Below, in pieces: positions 11,527 through 23,254 of a stretch of 62,157 bases of DNA. Each line of letters starts with the position of its first letter. Position 1 is the first letter of the stretch. The position numbers and the translations under genes are program-made. The notes under the pieces were generated by a model. The model was not told the DNA's origin. It saw nothing but the letters and a program-made list of their open reading frames with translations, and did no database searches. This DNA is from Histomonas meleagridis 2922-C6/04-290x (Eukaryota; Protista; Parabasalia): assembly GCA_020184695.1 (NCBI GenBank), contig JAANOX010000196.1, forward strand, positions 1 to 62,157, read 5' to 3'.

Positions 11527-13335
11527 TTATTGTTCAATGAACGGCGCGACTAATCTTTCCAACTCTTTTCTTTTTTCTTTTATGGTGTCTGCGCTTATTC
11601 CATTGTTATCCTCTGACCACACCTTAATATTTTGTATTGATTCTATTACATTTTTAATATTTTGATTTTGATTCTGATTCTGATACTTTCTTTTCATTAT
11701 CCTCAACACATGATTAATATATAATTGGAAGCTATTCATCGCCTCATAATTCTGTCGTATTATTAAATCTTGTTGTCGATATCTTTCTGCATCTTCCAAA
11801 ATTCTTTGGATTTGTTCATCTGTTAATCTTCCTTTCACGTTGACAATAGCTTGTCTCACGATGTTATCTGTTGATTTTTCTTGCGCAGTAACAGTTAAAG
11901 TACCATTTGCTGTGATATTAAATGTAACAAGTATTTGTGTTTTACCTGCAATTGCCGGTGTTAAATCTGTAATTTGAAATTCGCCAAGTTGATTATTATC
12001 TAAAGCATTTACACGTTCTCCTTCCAAAACATTAATGATAGCATATGGTTGGTTATCATAAGTCGTATAAAATGTTCTTGTTATAGTATGAGGGATTAAA
12101 GTATTACGTGGAATCATTACTTCTGTTTTCCCATGTAATACTTCAAGGCCAAGAGATAACGATGTTACATCAAGTAATACAATGCCATCATCTTCATCAT
12201 TTTCAATCGATTCCGCTTCAATGGCTGCGCCAACAACAACTGCTTCATCTGGATCAATTAAACGCTTCGGTGGTTTACCAAAGAATGTAGTTAAAAGATC
12301 TTTTACAATTGGAATCTTTGATGAACCTCCAACAAGAACAATATCATCGATATCTGATTTTTGAAGATTTGATTCATGAATTACATCTTTAACTGTTTGA
12401 AGTGTTTCGTTTAATTTCTCTATAATTAAATCATTAAATTCAGCTCTCGAAATATTGTAAGTAAAATCTTTCCCATCATAAATCGTAGGGCAATGAATTC
12501 GTGTGTTAAAACTTACTGAAAGATCTTTTTTAGCTTTTTCACAAAGATTACGTAATAAACAACATGAACGTTGACTTTTGGTTAAATCGCAATTATGAAT
12601 TTTGTAAAATTCTTTTGCTAAATGTTCAAACATAATGTTATCAAAATCACGTCCGCCTAAATGTGTATTACCGCCTTTCGCAATGACTTTATATTCATTG
12701 TTTTGAATTCGAACAATAGATACATCAAATGTACCTCCACCAAGATCATATGTTAATATGTGATGTGTTCCTGTAAGTTGTTGCTTGTGTCCATACGCTA
12801 TAGCTGCTGCTGTTGGCTCATTAATAACATGTAAAACATTTAAACCTGCTGATTGTGCCGCTATAATTGTGGATGTGCGTTGACTATCATTAAAATATGC
12901 TGGAACTGTAATTACAACATCTTTAACTTCTTTCCTTAAATGTTCTTCTGCAATCCGTTTTAAATGTTCAAGAACCATTCCTGATATCTGTTCCGGATAA
13001 AAATGTTTGACCTCATTCATCCATGTGACTTCTATTAAAGGGCGGTCATCTTCGCCTTGAATAACTTTAAATGGTAAGTTTTTTATATCTTGTTGAACTA
13101 AATCATCACTAAACTTACGCCCAATTAGACGTTTAACGTCAAAAACAGCATTACCCATATTGTATACTTCTGCTTCCTTTGCTTCTTGACCTACAAGTCT
13201 ATCATTGTTTGTAAATGTAACAAAAGATGGTATTGTACGATTGTTAAGACTATCAGTAAAAACTTCAATGTTTCCGTTCCTACATATAGAAACACAACTA
13301 TATGTTGTTCCCAAGTCCATACCAACAGCTATCAT
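11527..13335 (-). CDS. HSP70: Hsp70 (DnaK-family) protein, divergent, no EEVD
   Basis: GMDLGTTYS, TVPAYFNDSQR, NEPTAAA, DLGGGTFDVS, LVGGSSKIP; true ATG at 13335 (the track starts at a GTG at 13341). Confidence 0.93.
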   Translation of the reverse strand: MIAVGMDLGTTYSCVSICRNGNIEVFTDSLNNRTIPSFVTFTNNDRLVGQEAKEAEVYNMGNAVFDVKRLIGRKFSDDLVQQDIKNLPFKVIQGEDDRPLIEVTWMNEVKHFYPEQISGMVLEHLKRIAEEHLRKEVKDVVITVPAYFNDSQRTSTIIAAQSAGLNVLHVINEPTAAAIAYGHKQQLTGTHHILTYDLGGGTFDVSIVRIQNNEYKVIAKGGNTHLGGRDFDNIMFEHLAKEFYKIHNCDLTKSQRSCCLLRNLCEKAKKDLSVSFNTRIHCPTIYDGKDFTYNISRAEFNDLIIEKLNETLQTVKDVIHESNLQKSDIDDIVLVGGSSKIPIVKDLLTTFFGKPPKRLIDPDEAVVVGAAIEAESIENDEDDGIVLLDVTSLSLGLEVLHGKTEVMIPRNTLIPHTITRTFYTTYDNQPYAIINVLEGERVNALDNNQLGEFQITDLTPAIAGKTQILVTFNITANGTLTVTAQEKSTDNIVRQAIVNVKGRLTDEQIQRILEDAERYRQQDLIIRQNYEAMNSFQLYINHVLRIMKRKYQNQNQNQNIKNVIESIQNIKVWSEDNNGISADTIKEKRKELERLVAPFIEQ

Positions 13336-13891
13336 ACGCACAGAAAAATGGTTTCAAAATATGCCATAATTTGGGCTCAATAATTACACAAAAGTGTTTT
13401 GGCATAAGTTAAATAAACTAGTCAAAAAATTTTAAAGAAAAACAAATCTGTTTTGTCAGATCTAATGAGTATAAGTCTGAAAATAACAATAATATTTTAT
13501 ATACATTATTAAGGTTATCAATATAAAACGAAAATATTAATATATTTCAAACATAAAATTTAAATTAAAAAATGAATTTTATTAATAATATATATTTTTA
13601 ATAAATTTCGAATCACTTCTTATTGTTAACTTGAAAGCATGTTAGCTACTATAAATTTAAAATGTTATATAAAATTTTAATACATTCATGTAATCTTAAA
13701 ATAAATAATAATTCTATATTTCTCTAATTTTATTAAAACTCTCTTTCACATGCTTATATAAAAAAATATTTATTTAATGCTTATCTTTTGGTGATCAAGC
13801 AGAAAAAAGATCTTCATAAATTATTTTAACGGCCACTTTATTTGAGATTGACAATTATTGCTTCGAAGCGAAATGTGATATAAAAATCCAA

Positions 13892-16800
13892 ATGGGAATA
13901 ATTCATTCGACCACAAAATCTTTTAAAGATGGAGAACTTACGCCTAAGGATGTTTTTTCAAGACAAATAGTTGATCACATTAAAGCAGAGCTTACACATC
14001 AATTTGCATTAAAAGATGATATTACTCCAATTGATAATATAGACCTATCAACTATTCTCCAAAACCTAATAAACCAACAAAAATATGGCGAATTTCAATT
14101 GCCCGATGATTTTGAAACAAATTTTTTCCGAATTATTAAGCAAGATTTAGAGGCCAATTATGGTCAAGGCAAAATATTTCCAGCTGCATTTACAATTCTA
14201 CATGAAATTATATCTAATTGTCTTAACAATGAAAAAATAATTCACAATAATAATAATGAATTTATGAAAACAAAATATTCCTCATTATTTGAAACCAAAG
14301 TAACGTCAACAAATTATTTAGAGAATTTCATATCCATTACATTTGACATGTGTTTAGACAATATTGAATCTATTGATGAACAACAAATCGAAAATTCGTT
14401 TCAAGTATTAAATGAAATATTCTTAAAACAACAGCCATATTCATTAACGTCAGTTTCCTCACCCATAATGAAATCCATCACCAATTTTACAAATCAAGTT
14501 AGTAAAATCAAGAAATTTCAAATTCCACAAATACAAAATCAAATTATTTCTTTATTATCATCAATTGGAATTGTACAAAATAATATAACGGGACCTATTA
14601 GTTCCTTAATATTTATGTTAACATTATCAAAAGAATCACCAATTAATGTGAACTTTAGTTTAGATTCCATTTTTGGTAATATTCCATTACCAGAAAACAA
14701 ATTCAAATTTGAAATCAATGAAAGTTATGGTGAAATTGTTGACTTTTCGATTAGTCAAACATATTCATTATGTTTATTTAAGGATATTGGAATTATTAAA
14801 TTTATTGTACCTGAGACAATAACTATAAAAGTTCCGATTGAAAACGATTCGAAAATCATAGAAGTTGACTCAAAAATTTATATATTTTCATGTAAATTAA
14901 ATAGTTTAACGATATTAAATAATAAAGAAAATAATGATATCATTGAAACATTAGAATTAAATAAGATTATTGATATTAAATATCAAATTGTTCATTTAGG
15001 AATTATTAATGAAAACATTGGAATTATTCAAGACTATTTAAATAAATTTGTCATATTAATTTATGATATAAATAATAAAAATATAATTAATAAATATGAA
15101 ATAAATTATGTTAAAAAACCAAAGTTTATATTTATAAATATAAATACAATAAATATATTAAATGAAAATTGTTTTATTGATATATATAAAATAGAAAATA
15201 ATACTTTGACTTTACAAAACTTTAAACCATTCTTTAGTTATCCGATAATTAAAGAACATCCAACAATTGTATATAATAATAAAATAATTACAGTAATTCA
15301 AGAGAATACAAATTTATATTTCATTAAATATCCATTAAATAACAAAAGCATTTTACAAATGAAAAATGATACATTATTTATATCTGATTTAATATTACCA
15401 TTAAATAATGAAAATAATTTATTAAATAGTATATCATTAGCAACGAATTGTATTCAAAAATATATAAATTACCAATCACAAATATTATTTAAGAAGCCAA
15501 AGTTTGTAGCTAATCATCATATATCATTTTTTGTAACTAATGATAATAATTTAATATTATTAGGTATTTCATTAATATCACAAGTTCTTATGAATGATTT
15601 TATTACAATTAATATGAAATCAGTAATAATTACAATTGGCTTGAAATTAATTTCATTAAATTTATTTATATATTTCCAAAAGTTTTATAAAGATATGGAA
15701 TCATTTGATGATGAAGATAAGAAATTATTTAATTCGATTATTGATATAATGAATAAATGTATTAAATGTGAATGTTTTAAATCAACTTCAATAATATTCG
15801 AATCAATAATATTATTAATACATTTCTCATTTCAATATTTATTTTATCCGAATTATCAAAACATTAAAATATTTTTCGATCAATTTTATGATGATGAAAT
15901 TATAAAGAATTATTTATTAGAAAACATTGGAATTATATCGAAATCACCAACGATTTTATATATATTTGATCAAAAATTATATAATGAATTATTACTTAAT
16001 TTTAATGATGAAGAAATACAAAATTTATTTTTATCATCATTAAATCACCTAAATCAACAACTTAATTTTTATACAGCTAATAAAATTAAAGATAATGAAG
16101 AAAATTTAATTCCATTTTTCGATGTATTATTCCAATTCATCACAAAAATATTTGATAATAATGAATTAATTAGTCCATTAATTCAAACATTAGCATTTCG
16201 TTTAACTATAATTGATTCATTTCCTTATATTTCAACAATTATTGTCGAAAAATCTATACCAATTTTTTCTAAATCATTTGATAAATATTTTAATACTGAA
16301 TTAATTAATAATGATCGATTATTTATAGAACATAAAAAAGAACCTATATCATTTATCCAACATGTAAAAATCATTGAATCACCACATAATTATGAAGATG
16401 ATTCAAATATTGATGAATATGTAACATTTGAAAATGCATCTATCATTAAATTAGATTTTGATCCACGATGTCGTACAGAAGTTGGTTCTGATTATTTATG
16501 CATATATGATATGTGTGATGAAGGTAAAGAATTATATAAATTATCTGGTTCTGAAGGTTGGCCTACATCAGTAATATTAAATACAAATTCACTTAAATTC
16601 CATTTTAGAAGTGATGGATCAGTAAATTATTGGGGTTATAAAATCACTTGTACTTCAACAGAAATTAAAATTATGAATACATTTAATCCTGATCCATTAT
16701 TATTCTTTATTAATTTTTATTGTTATATCATTGGAAACTTAACTTTAAATGGATTAAAATCAATTCCTATGTCTAAAAATGAGAAACAATATAAATTATT

Positions 16801-19800
16801 AATTCAAAATGATTTACTTCAAGGTGTGAATAAGATTATTATACCGAAAAATGGAAATTATTTTAAAGATGATACCGAAAATAATGATAAACCTTTACAT
16901 AAAGGTATTTCTCGTGGTATATCATTTGATATCACTCAAAATGAAAATAATTTTTCAAATGAATTTAAAAAAGGTTTTATTAATGATTTAATATCTAATG
17001 ATGATGGTAATAATAAAACACCTGCTAAAAATTTCATTAATTTCATGTATAAAAATGTTAAAAGTTCTATAAAAACTAAAAATAAAGAATTTTTAGAAAT
17101 AGAAAAATATGCTATTGCAGCATTATTAAAACAATTAGGTTTAATTAATAATGCAATTTCATTTTCATTAAGTTTATTACCTAATCAAAATGATTCAAAT
17201 ATTAATATCCCACCAAACCTTAGAACTGCTTGGAAAGCAATTTATAAAATTCGAACTGAATTAATATCTTCACATCAAAAATCGAAAATGTTAAATGGAC
17301 CACCGAAAACTTTACAAGAAGATTTTAATTTATTCTTAAAAGAAACTAAATCGAAATCAATAATTTTATTATATATTGATCCATTATTAAAGAAACGTTT
17401 AAATAATCAAAATAATTTATTAGATACTGAAACTATTGAAAAAACTATTAAAGATTATTTATCATTTATTTTATCGGATTTACCAATGGAAAATATTGGA
17501 AAAATGATTGAAAAACAAGATAAACGAATTGAAATCAGATTAAAGTCATTAAATTCATTATATGAATTTATCCAATTAAATAATTCATGTATTTCATCTA
17601 AGTTATCATTTATTGAACCTTTATCTTCATGTTTAAATTTAATTTCGAATATTTCTGATATTAAAAATGCTAATAATGAAAGTATACAAAAATTAAAATT
17701 GGAATTTTCAAATATTTATAATTATTTCATAAATGAAATTTGTAAAAATGATATTAGTGAAATTCAAAGATTATGTTACTTAAGATTTATATCATTTCCA
17801 TTAAAATCAATGTTACAAATCGAAAACATTAATAATTATTTCCAATTATTATCTAAGTTTTGGGTAAATTGTTTAAATAATTCATTTGAATCATATATTT
17901 CATATTCGATTACATGGAAATTAATATCATTTTGGACATTAACTTATCATACTAAAGAAATTTATAACTTTTTATTAAATCATGCGAAAAATTCATTAAA
18001 TGAAACGTCACAATATAATTCGATATTACTATTAACATTATTATTACAAAGTAATGATGAAATTTATTATAATTTAAATGATATCTTTGAATGTTTTAAT
18101 CAAAATTCATATAAAATTACAATTGGAGTCATTTCATGGTTTTCACAATATTTAACTATAAAAGGTAATGAAAATATGGAATTTAATTTTAATGATAAAA
18201 TTTATGATTTAAATTCATTTTTATATTTATTATTAAATGATTTAGGTAAAACTATATGTGGACAAAAATCAGTTTTAATTAAAAATTATAAATTAATAAA
18301 TATTCATCAACATATTGGAGAAGAAATTATTTCATCATTTAGATTAATGATTCGATCATATTCGAAAATTAAAGATTATATCATTAATATATTTCATGAA
18401 ATATTAGAGAAATTTGATTTAAAGAATTCGATATATGAAATAATTTCAGTTTTTTCGATTTTAGGTAAAGAAATTATTTCTTATCATGAAAATGGTTATT
18501 TAATAAAATATAATAAATCAACATATGAAATTAATAAAATTAATACTTATGATAATAATAATAATTTAATATTAATCTCGAATTCTGGTTCTAATGAATT
18601 TATAGATTTAACATTAAATAATTTATATTCACCTTCTTGTCGTTATAAAAATAGTCCATTAGATTTTGTGTTGACTAAAATAGAAATTGAAAATTTAATT
18701 AAATTAAATGTTAAATCAAATAAAATTATATCTAAAAATAAATTCACTAAAATTGAAAATTATATATTAATTTCAACTTATTATGGATTTTTAACAAATA
18801 TATTACAAAATGAACAAAATATGAAAATGTTAAATCAAAATTCTAATATTTTAGATTTCCTTTCATTAGTTACAATGAAAATATCTTCTAAAAAGAATTA
18901 TACAATTGGTAATTTAACAAATGAATTAAGTCAATATATATGTCAAATAACATCAAATGAAACTACAAATTTACGAAATATAAATTATTTATATTCATTA
19001 GCTTCTAATGATTTTACTCCTTCAATATTTTTACCTATAACTTATGGTAATATTGATATAAATAATTATATTATTCAAAGTGAAAATGATTTAAGTTCTA
19101 TTTTTATTGGTGATAAATTTATACCTTCTAAAAATTTGTTTTATTATGAAATTCAAATTAATGATTCAAATAATTTTGATGATTTCATTTTAGGATTTAT
19201 AGATAAAAGATCTTCTACTAAAGGTTTATATGTATTTGGAATTGATTTTAATAATATGAATATAATGTCACCATTTTTATCCCAAAAGATTAAAAATGAT
19301 ATTCGAATTGAAAAAAATGATATTATTGGATGTGGTTATAATTCGAAATATATATTTTATTATTTAAATGGTAAGAAATTACCATTTATAATTCCATGCT
19401 TACGAATTGATGATTATTGTCCAATATTAATAACAAGATCATCATTTAACATTAAATTTAATTTCGGTAATGAACAATTCAAAATGAATTTCTCGGAATG
19501 TACTGATTTTGATATTAAACCATTTTGTTTTGAAGAAATTCAAGTGCCAATATTAAAAGAAGAGTCTAAAATATCAAATTCGAATTTACTTGATTCAAAT
19601 GATTATGATAATATAATAAATGAACAATTATCGAATTATAATTTACCTAAACAAAATATATTAAATTATAATAAATATTATTCTACAAAATCTCAACAAT
19701 CACCAATTTCAGACAAAATTATTTATACATTTCAAACCACGAAACCTATTTTTAATGATATATATTATATTGGACAAATTGTACATATATCACGAAGAGA

Positions 19801-22800
19801 ATTAACTAAATCATATTCGAATTATGTTGAATATTCATTACCAGAAATGGATTCATTATTACATATGAATCAATATGTAATTATTAAAAGTATTCAATCG
19901 AAAGATAAATATTTACTATTAACAGTTAAATCATTAGAAAATGATGAAAATGATTTCGTTATTGATTCACGTTATGTAGATATAATTCCATGTCAAATTA
20001 CAAATATCATTAAAAACATAATAAAACATCAATTTTATGCAATGAATACAGTACAATATATGAATGAATTAAAAGTTAAATTAATGTATATAACAAAATC
20101 ATTTTGTATTAAGTTATCACGATTTTTATTCTTAATATTTTTAGATTATTCACGATTTAATAATACTATTCATGAATTTTTACAAAAAGATAATATTTCC
20201 AATTTAATGTCATCATCAATTAATGAAGTATGTAAATTTAAACATCAAATTTCAACAACTACAAAATGGGAACATATTAATAATGTTGATTTTATATTTA
20301 AAGAGAACTCTGTTAATTATAAATATCCTGGTGATCCACATGCATTTTCACGTTTTATATTTATGTTTTTAAATAGTAACTTTGAATCGATACAATATTT
20401 CATAATGAACATCATACAAAATTGTATAAATAATTTATTAAAAGAGAAAAATGTTAATTCGGAAAATTTGTTTAATTATATTCGAAATGAATATATATTT
20501 GAGTCTTGGAAACCTCAACCTTCAACTTCTATCTCTACAGAGATTATATTTCCTAATTCGACATATGGATTTATACCAATATTACATCCATTACATAATA
20601 TCTCTAAGAAATTAATAATTAATGATAATATTATTGAAGATTCATTATCTTATTGTTATTTAATATTATCACAAAAATGTAAAATCGAATTAAATACTTC
20701 TTCTGATAATAAAAGAAATGGAATATATTTAGGTATATTACCTATTAATAAATATTTACAAGAAAATTTGAAATCGACTTCATTAGGTTATATACATGTT
20801 TTATTAACTATATTTTCGATGATATTTTCATCAAAAATTCATTTCCAAGAAACAGATAATTTCCTTAAACAAAACGTAATACCTTCAATAACTACATTAA
20901 TGAATACTAATAATTTGTTTGTAAATGTTTTCGCTTTCGAATTAATAACACCAATTTTAACATCATTAAATTGGGAATCAAATGAATTAACTAAAGAAGT
21001 ACGAAATGCATTTGAAGAATTTTGTAAAATGTTTAATACATCTATAAATGAATGGAAACCTTTAACATTATATTCACAAAAAGCGTTAATTATAACTACA
21101 TTTATTAAATTAATTTTAATTGATTCTTATACTTCATTGATTAATACCAATTCTTCAATAAAAGAAAAAGAAGATTTATTTGATCATTATATGTCAAATA
21201 TACCAAATGATGAATCATCAATTTTCGAACAAATGCAAAACACTGTTTCATATTTTTCAGCATTAGGTTTTGACAAACCAATTTCGATACGTTTTCCTTA
21301 TTATTTATTTGTTGATTCTTGGTGTGAATCAATACCATATCAAAAAGACTTCGAAATATCACAAGAAGAAGAACCTGTTTGTACACGATTAGAATTTAAT
21401 GAGATGAAAAGTTGTACAATTGAAATCAATGACATACCAAAGAATTCATATTTATTAATAACTAATTCTGAGAATGAAATCATTAACAAATTAGAAAAAT
21501 CACAAACTATTAATATTAAGTCACCAATAAATGTCTTATTATATAATAAAGAAGATGAAAAACCAATGAAAAACATAAATTATGTTATATCAATCACTGG
21601 TTATCCTAATTCGATTGAATCGAAACGTTCTATTTTCTCAACTAATTATAACTTATTTATGAAACATATGAACTATATGAAGAACAATTGGAAAGTTGAA
21701 TATGATGAAACTATATCAAAAGCAATTAAAAACATTCCAAACTTAGCGCAAATACATCCATTAACATTAAACGACACATTTTTCCAAACGGAAACAATAT
21801 TAAGTCAAATTCCAATTCCAATAATATATTCACGTATTCAAATCATTAATAATTATTCGAAACTTTTATCGAACATTACTAAAGTCATTAAACTTAATGA
21901 TAAAAGCACAATATTATCACTATTATTCCATTCGACTACATCAGCGATCTCAACTGAATATAAACTTAAATCAGTCGAATCAATTGTCTTAAATAATACA
22001 CCTGATAATAGTACTGGAAGATTAAACCTTAACTTTAATCGCTTCAAAAAATCTTTGTTACAATCAAAGCCAAATGATTTAGCAGGACAATCAATACTTT
22101 CGCAATTCGTCGAACAAGTTCAAATGAAAGAATTATATCGAATGAAACGTCGTGCTGTTCCATGGCATGTTAATCTAATTGGAGAAGGTTCGACTGATGC
22201 TGGTGGCCCAGGCAGAGATTTGTTCACTGAAGTTTGTATGGAGATAATGCATCCAATGAATAACTTGTTCATTAAAAGTCCAAACATGAGAATGAACCAA
22301 CAAAACCTTGATCAAGAACTTCTTATACCGAATCCAAAGCCATTAACTGATTACACCAAAAAGTTGTTTTATTATTCCGGTGTTTTAATGGCTGTTTGTT
22401 ACGTGTCGAAATTACCTGAGCCATTCCAATTAGCAAAACTCGTTTGGAAATATATAATTAAATCGAAATTCGTGATCGAAGATATTTATGAAATCGATTT
22501 CGAGTTTAAACAAATGATAAATTCATTGGAGAAAATAGAAAACGAAGATATAAATCAACAACAATTCCAAAGCTTGTTTTCTTATAATTTCCAAATTCAA
22601 AACTCAATTGGCGAAATGGTGGACTTGATACCGAACGGTGAAAACATTATGGTGACATTGGATAATAGAATCGATTTCATTCAAAGATGTAAAAAGTTTA
22701 GATTAAACGAATTTAACCAGCAATTGAATGCTTTACGCAGCGGATTCGAGCTGATCTTTAATGAAGACGCTTTGTCAATTTTGTCTCCATGGGAACTCGA

Positions 22801-23200
22801 AATGTTGATTTGTGGTGATAAACAGTTCCCAATAGAGCAATTAAAGAAGAATTGTAAGTATCCAAAAGATTGTCAACACTCAAATATGTTATGGAACGTT
22901 TTAGAGGGATTTACACCCAAAGAAAGAATGTTGTTCGTTAAGTTCGGTTGTGGTAGAATGGGTTTGCCACCACCAGGAATGGAATGGAGTGAAAAATTGG
23001 TGATCAAATTTGAAAATTCTTCATTACAAGACCCATTGAAACCTTTGCCAACGTCGGCGACGTGTAGCTCTACAATTAATATACCTAAATATGAAACAGA
23101 AGAATGGATGGCTAAGAAATTAAGAACAGCTATAACATTCGGAGCCGATATTGATAGAGATCACACAGCAAACATCAGCGAAGTCGAACAATTCACTTAA
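13892..23200 (+). CDS. Giant HECT E3 ubiquitin ligase with CUB-like and SPRY domains
   Basis: CUB-like ESPHNY...FRSDGSVNYWGY (~16370-16660); SPRY-like FYYE...IIGCGY...FNFG (~19100-19480); HECT GEGSTDAGGPGRD...LPTSATC with the Cys codon at 23063-23065; N-terminus MGIIHS. Confidence 0.92.
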   Translation: MGIIHSTTKSFKDGELTPKDVFSRQIVDHIKAELTHQFALKDDITPIDNIDLSTILQNLINQQKYGEFQLPDDFETNFFRIIKQDLEANYGQGKIFPAAFTILHEIISNCLNNEKIIHNNNNEFMKTKYSSLFETKVTSTNYLENFISITFDMCLDNIESIDEQQIENSFQVLNEIFLKQQPYSLTSVSSPIMKSITNFTNQVSKIKKFQIPQIQNQIISLLSSIGIVQNNITGPISSLIFMLTLSKESPINVNFSLDSIFGNIPLPENKFKFEINESYGEIVDFSISQTYSLCLFKDIGIIKFIVPETITIKVPIENDSKIIEVDSKIYIFSCKLNSLTILNNKENNDIIETLELNKIIDIKYQIVHLGIINENIGIIQDYLNKFVILIYDINNKNIINKYEINYVKKPKFIFININTINILNENCFIDIYKIENNTLTLQNFKPFFSYPIIKEHPTIVYNNKIITVIQENTNLYFIKYPLNNKSILQMKNDTLFISDLILPLNNENNLLNSISLATNCIQKYINYQSQILFKKPKFVANHHISFFVTNDNNLILLGISLISQVLMNDFITINMKSVIITIGLKLISLNLFIYFQKFYKDMESFDDEDKKLFNSIIDIMNKCIKCECFKSTSIIFESIILLIHFSFQYLFYPNYQNIKIFFDQFYDDEIIKNYLLENIGIISKSPTILYIFDQKLYNELLLNFNDEEIQNLFLSSLNHLNQQLNFYTANKIKDNEENLIPFFDVLFQFITKIFDNNELISPLIQTLAFRLTIIDSFPYISTIIVEKSIPIFSKSFDKYFNTELINNDRLFIEHKKEPISFIQHVKIIESPHNYEDDSNIDEYVTFENASIIKLDFDPRCRTEVGSDYLCIYDMCDEGKELYKLSGSEGWPTSVILNTNSLKFHFRSDGSVNYWGYKITCTSTEIKIMNTFNPDPLLFFINFYCYIIGNLTLNGLKSIPMSKNEKQYKLLIQNDLLQGVNKIIIPKNGNYFKDDTENNDKPLHKGISRGISFDITQNENNFSNEFKKGFINDLISNDDGNNKTPAKNFINFMYKNVKSSIKTKNKEFLEIEKYAIAALLKQLGLINNAISFSLSLLPNQNDSNINIPPNLRTAWKAIYKIRTELISSHQKSKMLNGPPKTLQEDFNLFLKETKSKSIILLYIDPLLKKRLNNQNNLLDTETIEKTIKDYLSFILSDLPMENIGKMIEKQDKRIEIRLKSLNSLYEFIQLNNSCISSKLSFIEPLSSCLNLISNISDIKNANNESIQKLKLEFSNIYNYFINEICKNDISEIQRLCYLRFISFPLKSMLQIENINNYFQLLSKFWVNCLNNSFESYISYSITWKLISFWTLTYHTKEIYNFLLNHAKNSLNETSQYNSILLLTLLLQSNDEIYYNLNDIFECFNQNSYKITIGVISWFSQYLTIKGNENMEFNFNDKIYDLNSFLYLLLNDLGKTICGQKSVLIKNYKLINIHQHIGEEIISSFRLMIRSYSKIKDYIINIFHEILEKFDLKNSIYEIISVFSILGKEIISYHENGYLIKYNKSTYEINKINTYDNNNNLILISNSGSNEFIDLTLNNLYSPSCRYKNSPLDFVLTKIEIENLIKLNVKSNKIISKNKFTKIENYILISTYYGFLTNILQNEQNMKMLNQNSNILDFLSLVTMKISSKKNYTIGNLTNELSQYICQITSNETTNLRNINYLYSLASNDFTPSIFLPITYGNIDINNYIIQSENDLSSIFIGDKFIPSKNLFYYEIQINDSNNFDDFILGFIDKRSSTKGLYVFGIDFNNMNIMSPFLSQKIKNDIRIEKNDIIGCGYNSKYIFYYLNGKKLPFIIPCLRIDDYCPILITRSSFNIKFNFGNEQFKMNFSECTDFDIKPFCFEEIQVPILKEESKISNSNLLDSNDYDNIINEQLSNYNLPKQNILNYNKYYSTKSQQSPISDKIIYTFQTTKPIFNDIYYIGQIVHISRRELTKSYSNYVEYSLPEMDSLLHMNQYVIIKSIQSKDKYLLLTVKSLENDENDFVIDSRYVDIIPCQITNIIKNIIKHQFYAMNTVQYMNELKVKLMYITKSFCIKLSRFLFLIFLDYSRFNNTIHEFLQKDNISNLMSSSINEVCKFKHQISTTTKWEHINNVDFIFKENSVNYKYPGDPHAFSRFIFMFLNSNFESIQYFIMNIIQNCINNLLKEKNVNSENLFNYIRNEYIFESWKPQPSTSISTEIIFPNSTYGFIPILHPLHNISKKLIINDNIIEDSLSYCYLILSQKCKIELNTSSDNKRNGIYLGILPINKYLQENLKSTSLGYIHVLLTIFSMIFSSKIHFQETDNFLKQNVIPSITTLMNTNNLFVNVFAFELITPILTSLNWESNELTKEVRNAFEEFCKMFNTSINEWKPLTLYSQKALIITTFIKLILIDSYTSLINTNSSIKEKEDLFDHYMSNIPNDESSIFEQMQNTVSYFSALGFDKPISIRFPYYLFVDSWCESIPYQKDFEISQEEEPVCTRLEFNEMKSCTIEINDIPKNSYLLITNSENEIINKLEKSQTINIKSPINVLLYNKEDEKPMKNINYVISITGYPNSIESKRSIFSTNYNLFMKHMNYMKNNWKVEYDETISKAIKNIPNLAQIHPLTLNDTFFQTETILSQIPIPIIYSRIQIINNYSKLLSNITKVIKLNDKSTILSLLFHSTTSAISTEYKLKSVESIVLNNTPDNSTGRLNLNFNRFKKSLLQSKPNDLAGQSILSQFVEQVQMKELYRMKRRAVPWHVNLIGEGSTDAGGPGRDLFTEVCMEIMHPMNNLFIKSPNMRMNQQNLDQELLIPNPKPLTDYTKKLFYYSGVLMAVCYVSKLPEPFQLAKLVWKYIIKSKFVIEDIYEIDFEFKQMINSLEKIENEDINQQQFQSLFSYNFQIQNSIGEMVDLIPNGENIMVTLDNRIDFIQRCKKFRLNEFNQQLNALRSGFELIFNEDALSILSPWELEMLICGDKQFPIEQLKKNCKYPKDCQHSNMLWNVLEGFTPKERMLFVKFGCGRMGLPPPGMEWSEKLVIKFENSSLQDPLKPLPTSATCSSTINIPKYETEEWMAKKLRTAITFGADIDRDHTANISEVEQFT

Positions 23201-23254
23201 AGAAAATAAAAATTATTAAATTTTTTTTTATAATTTACATAAAAATAATTTGAA

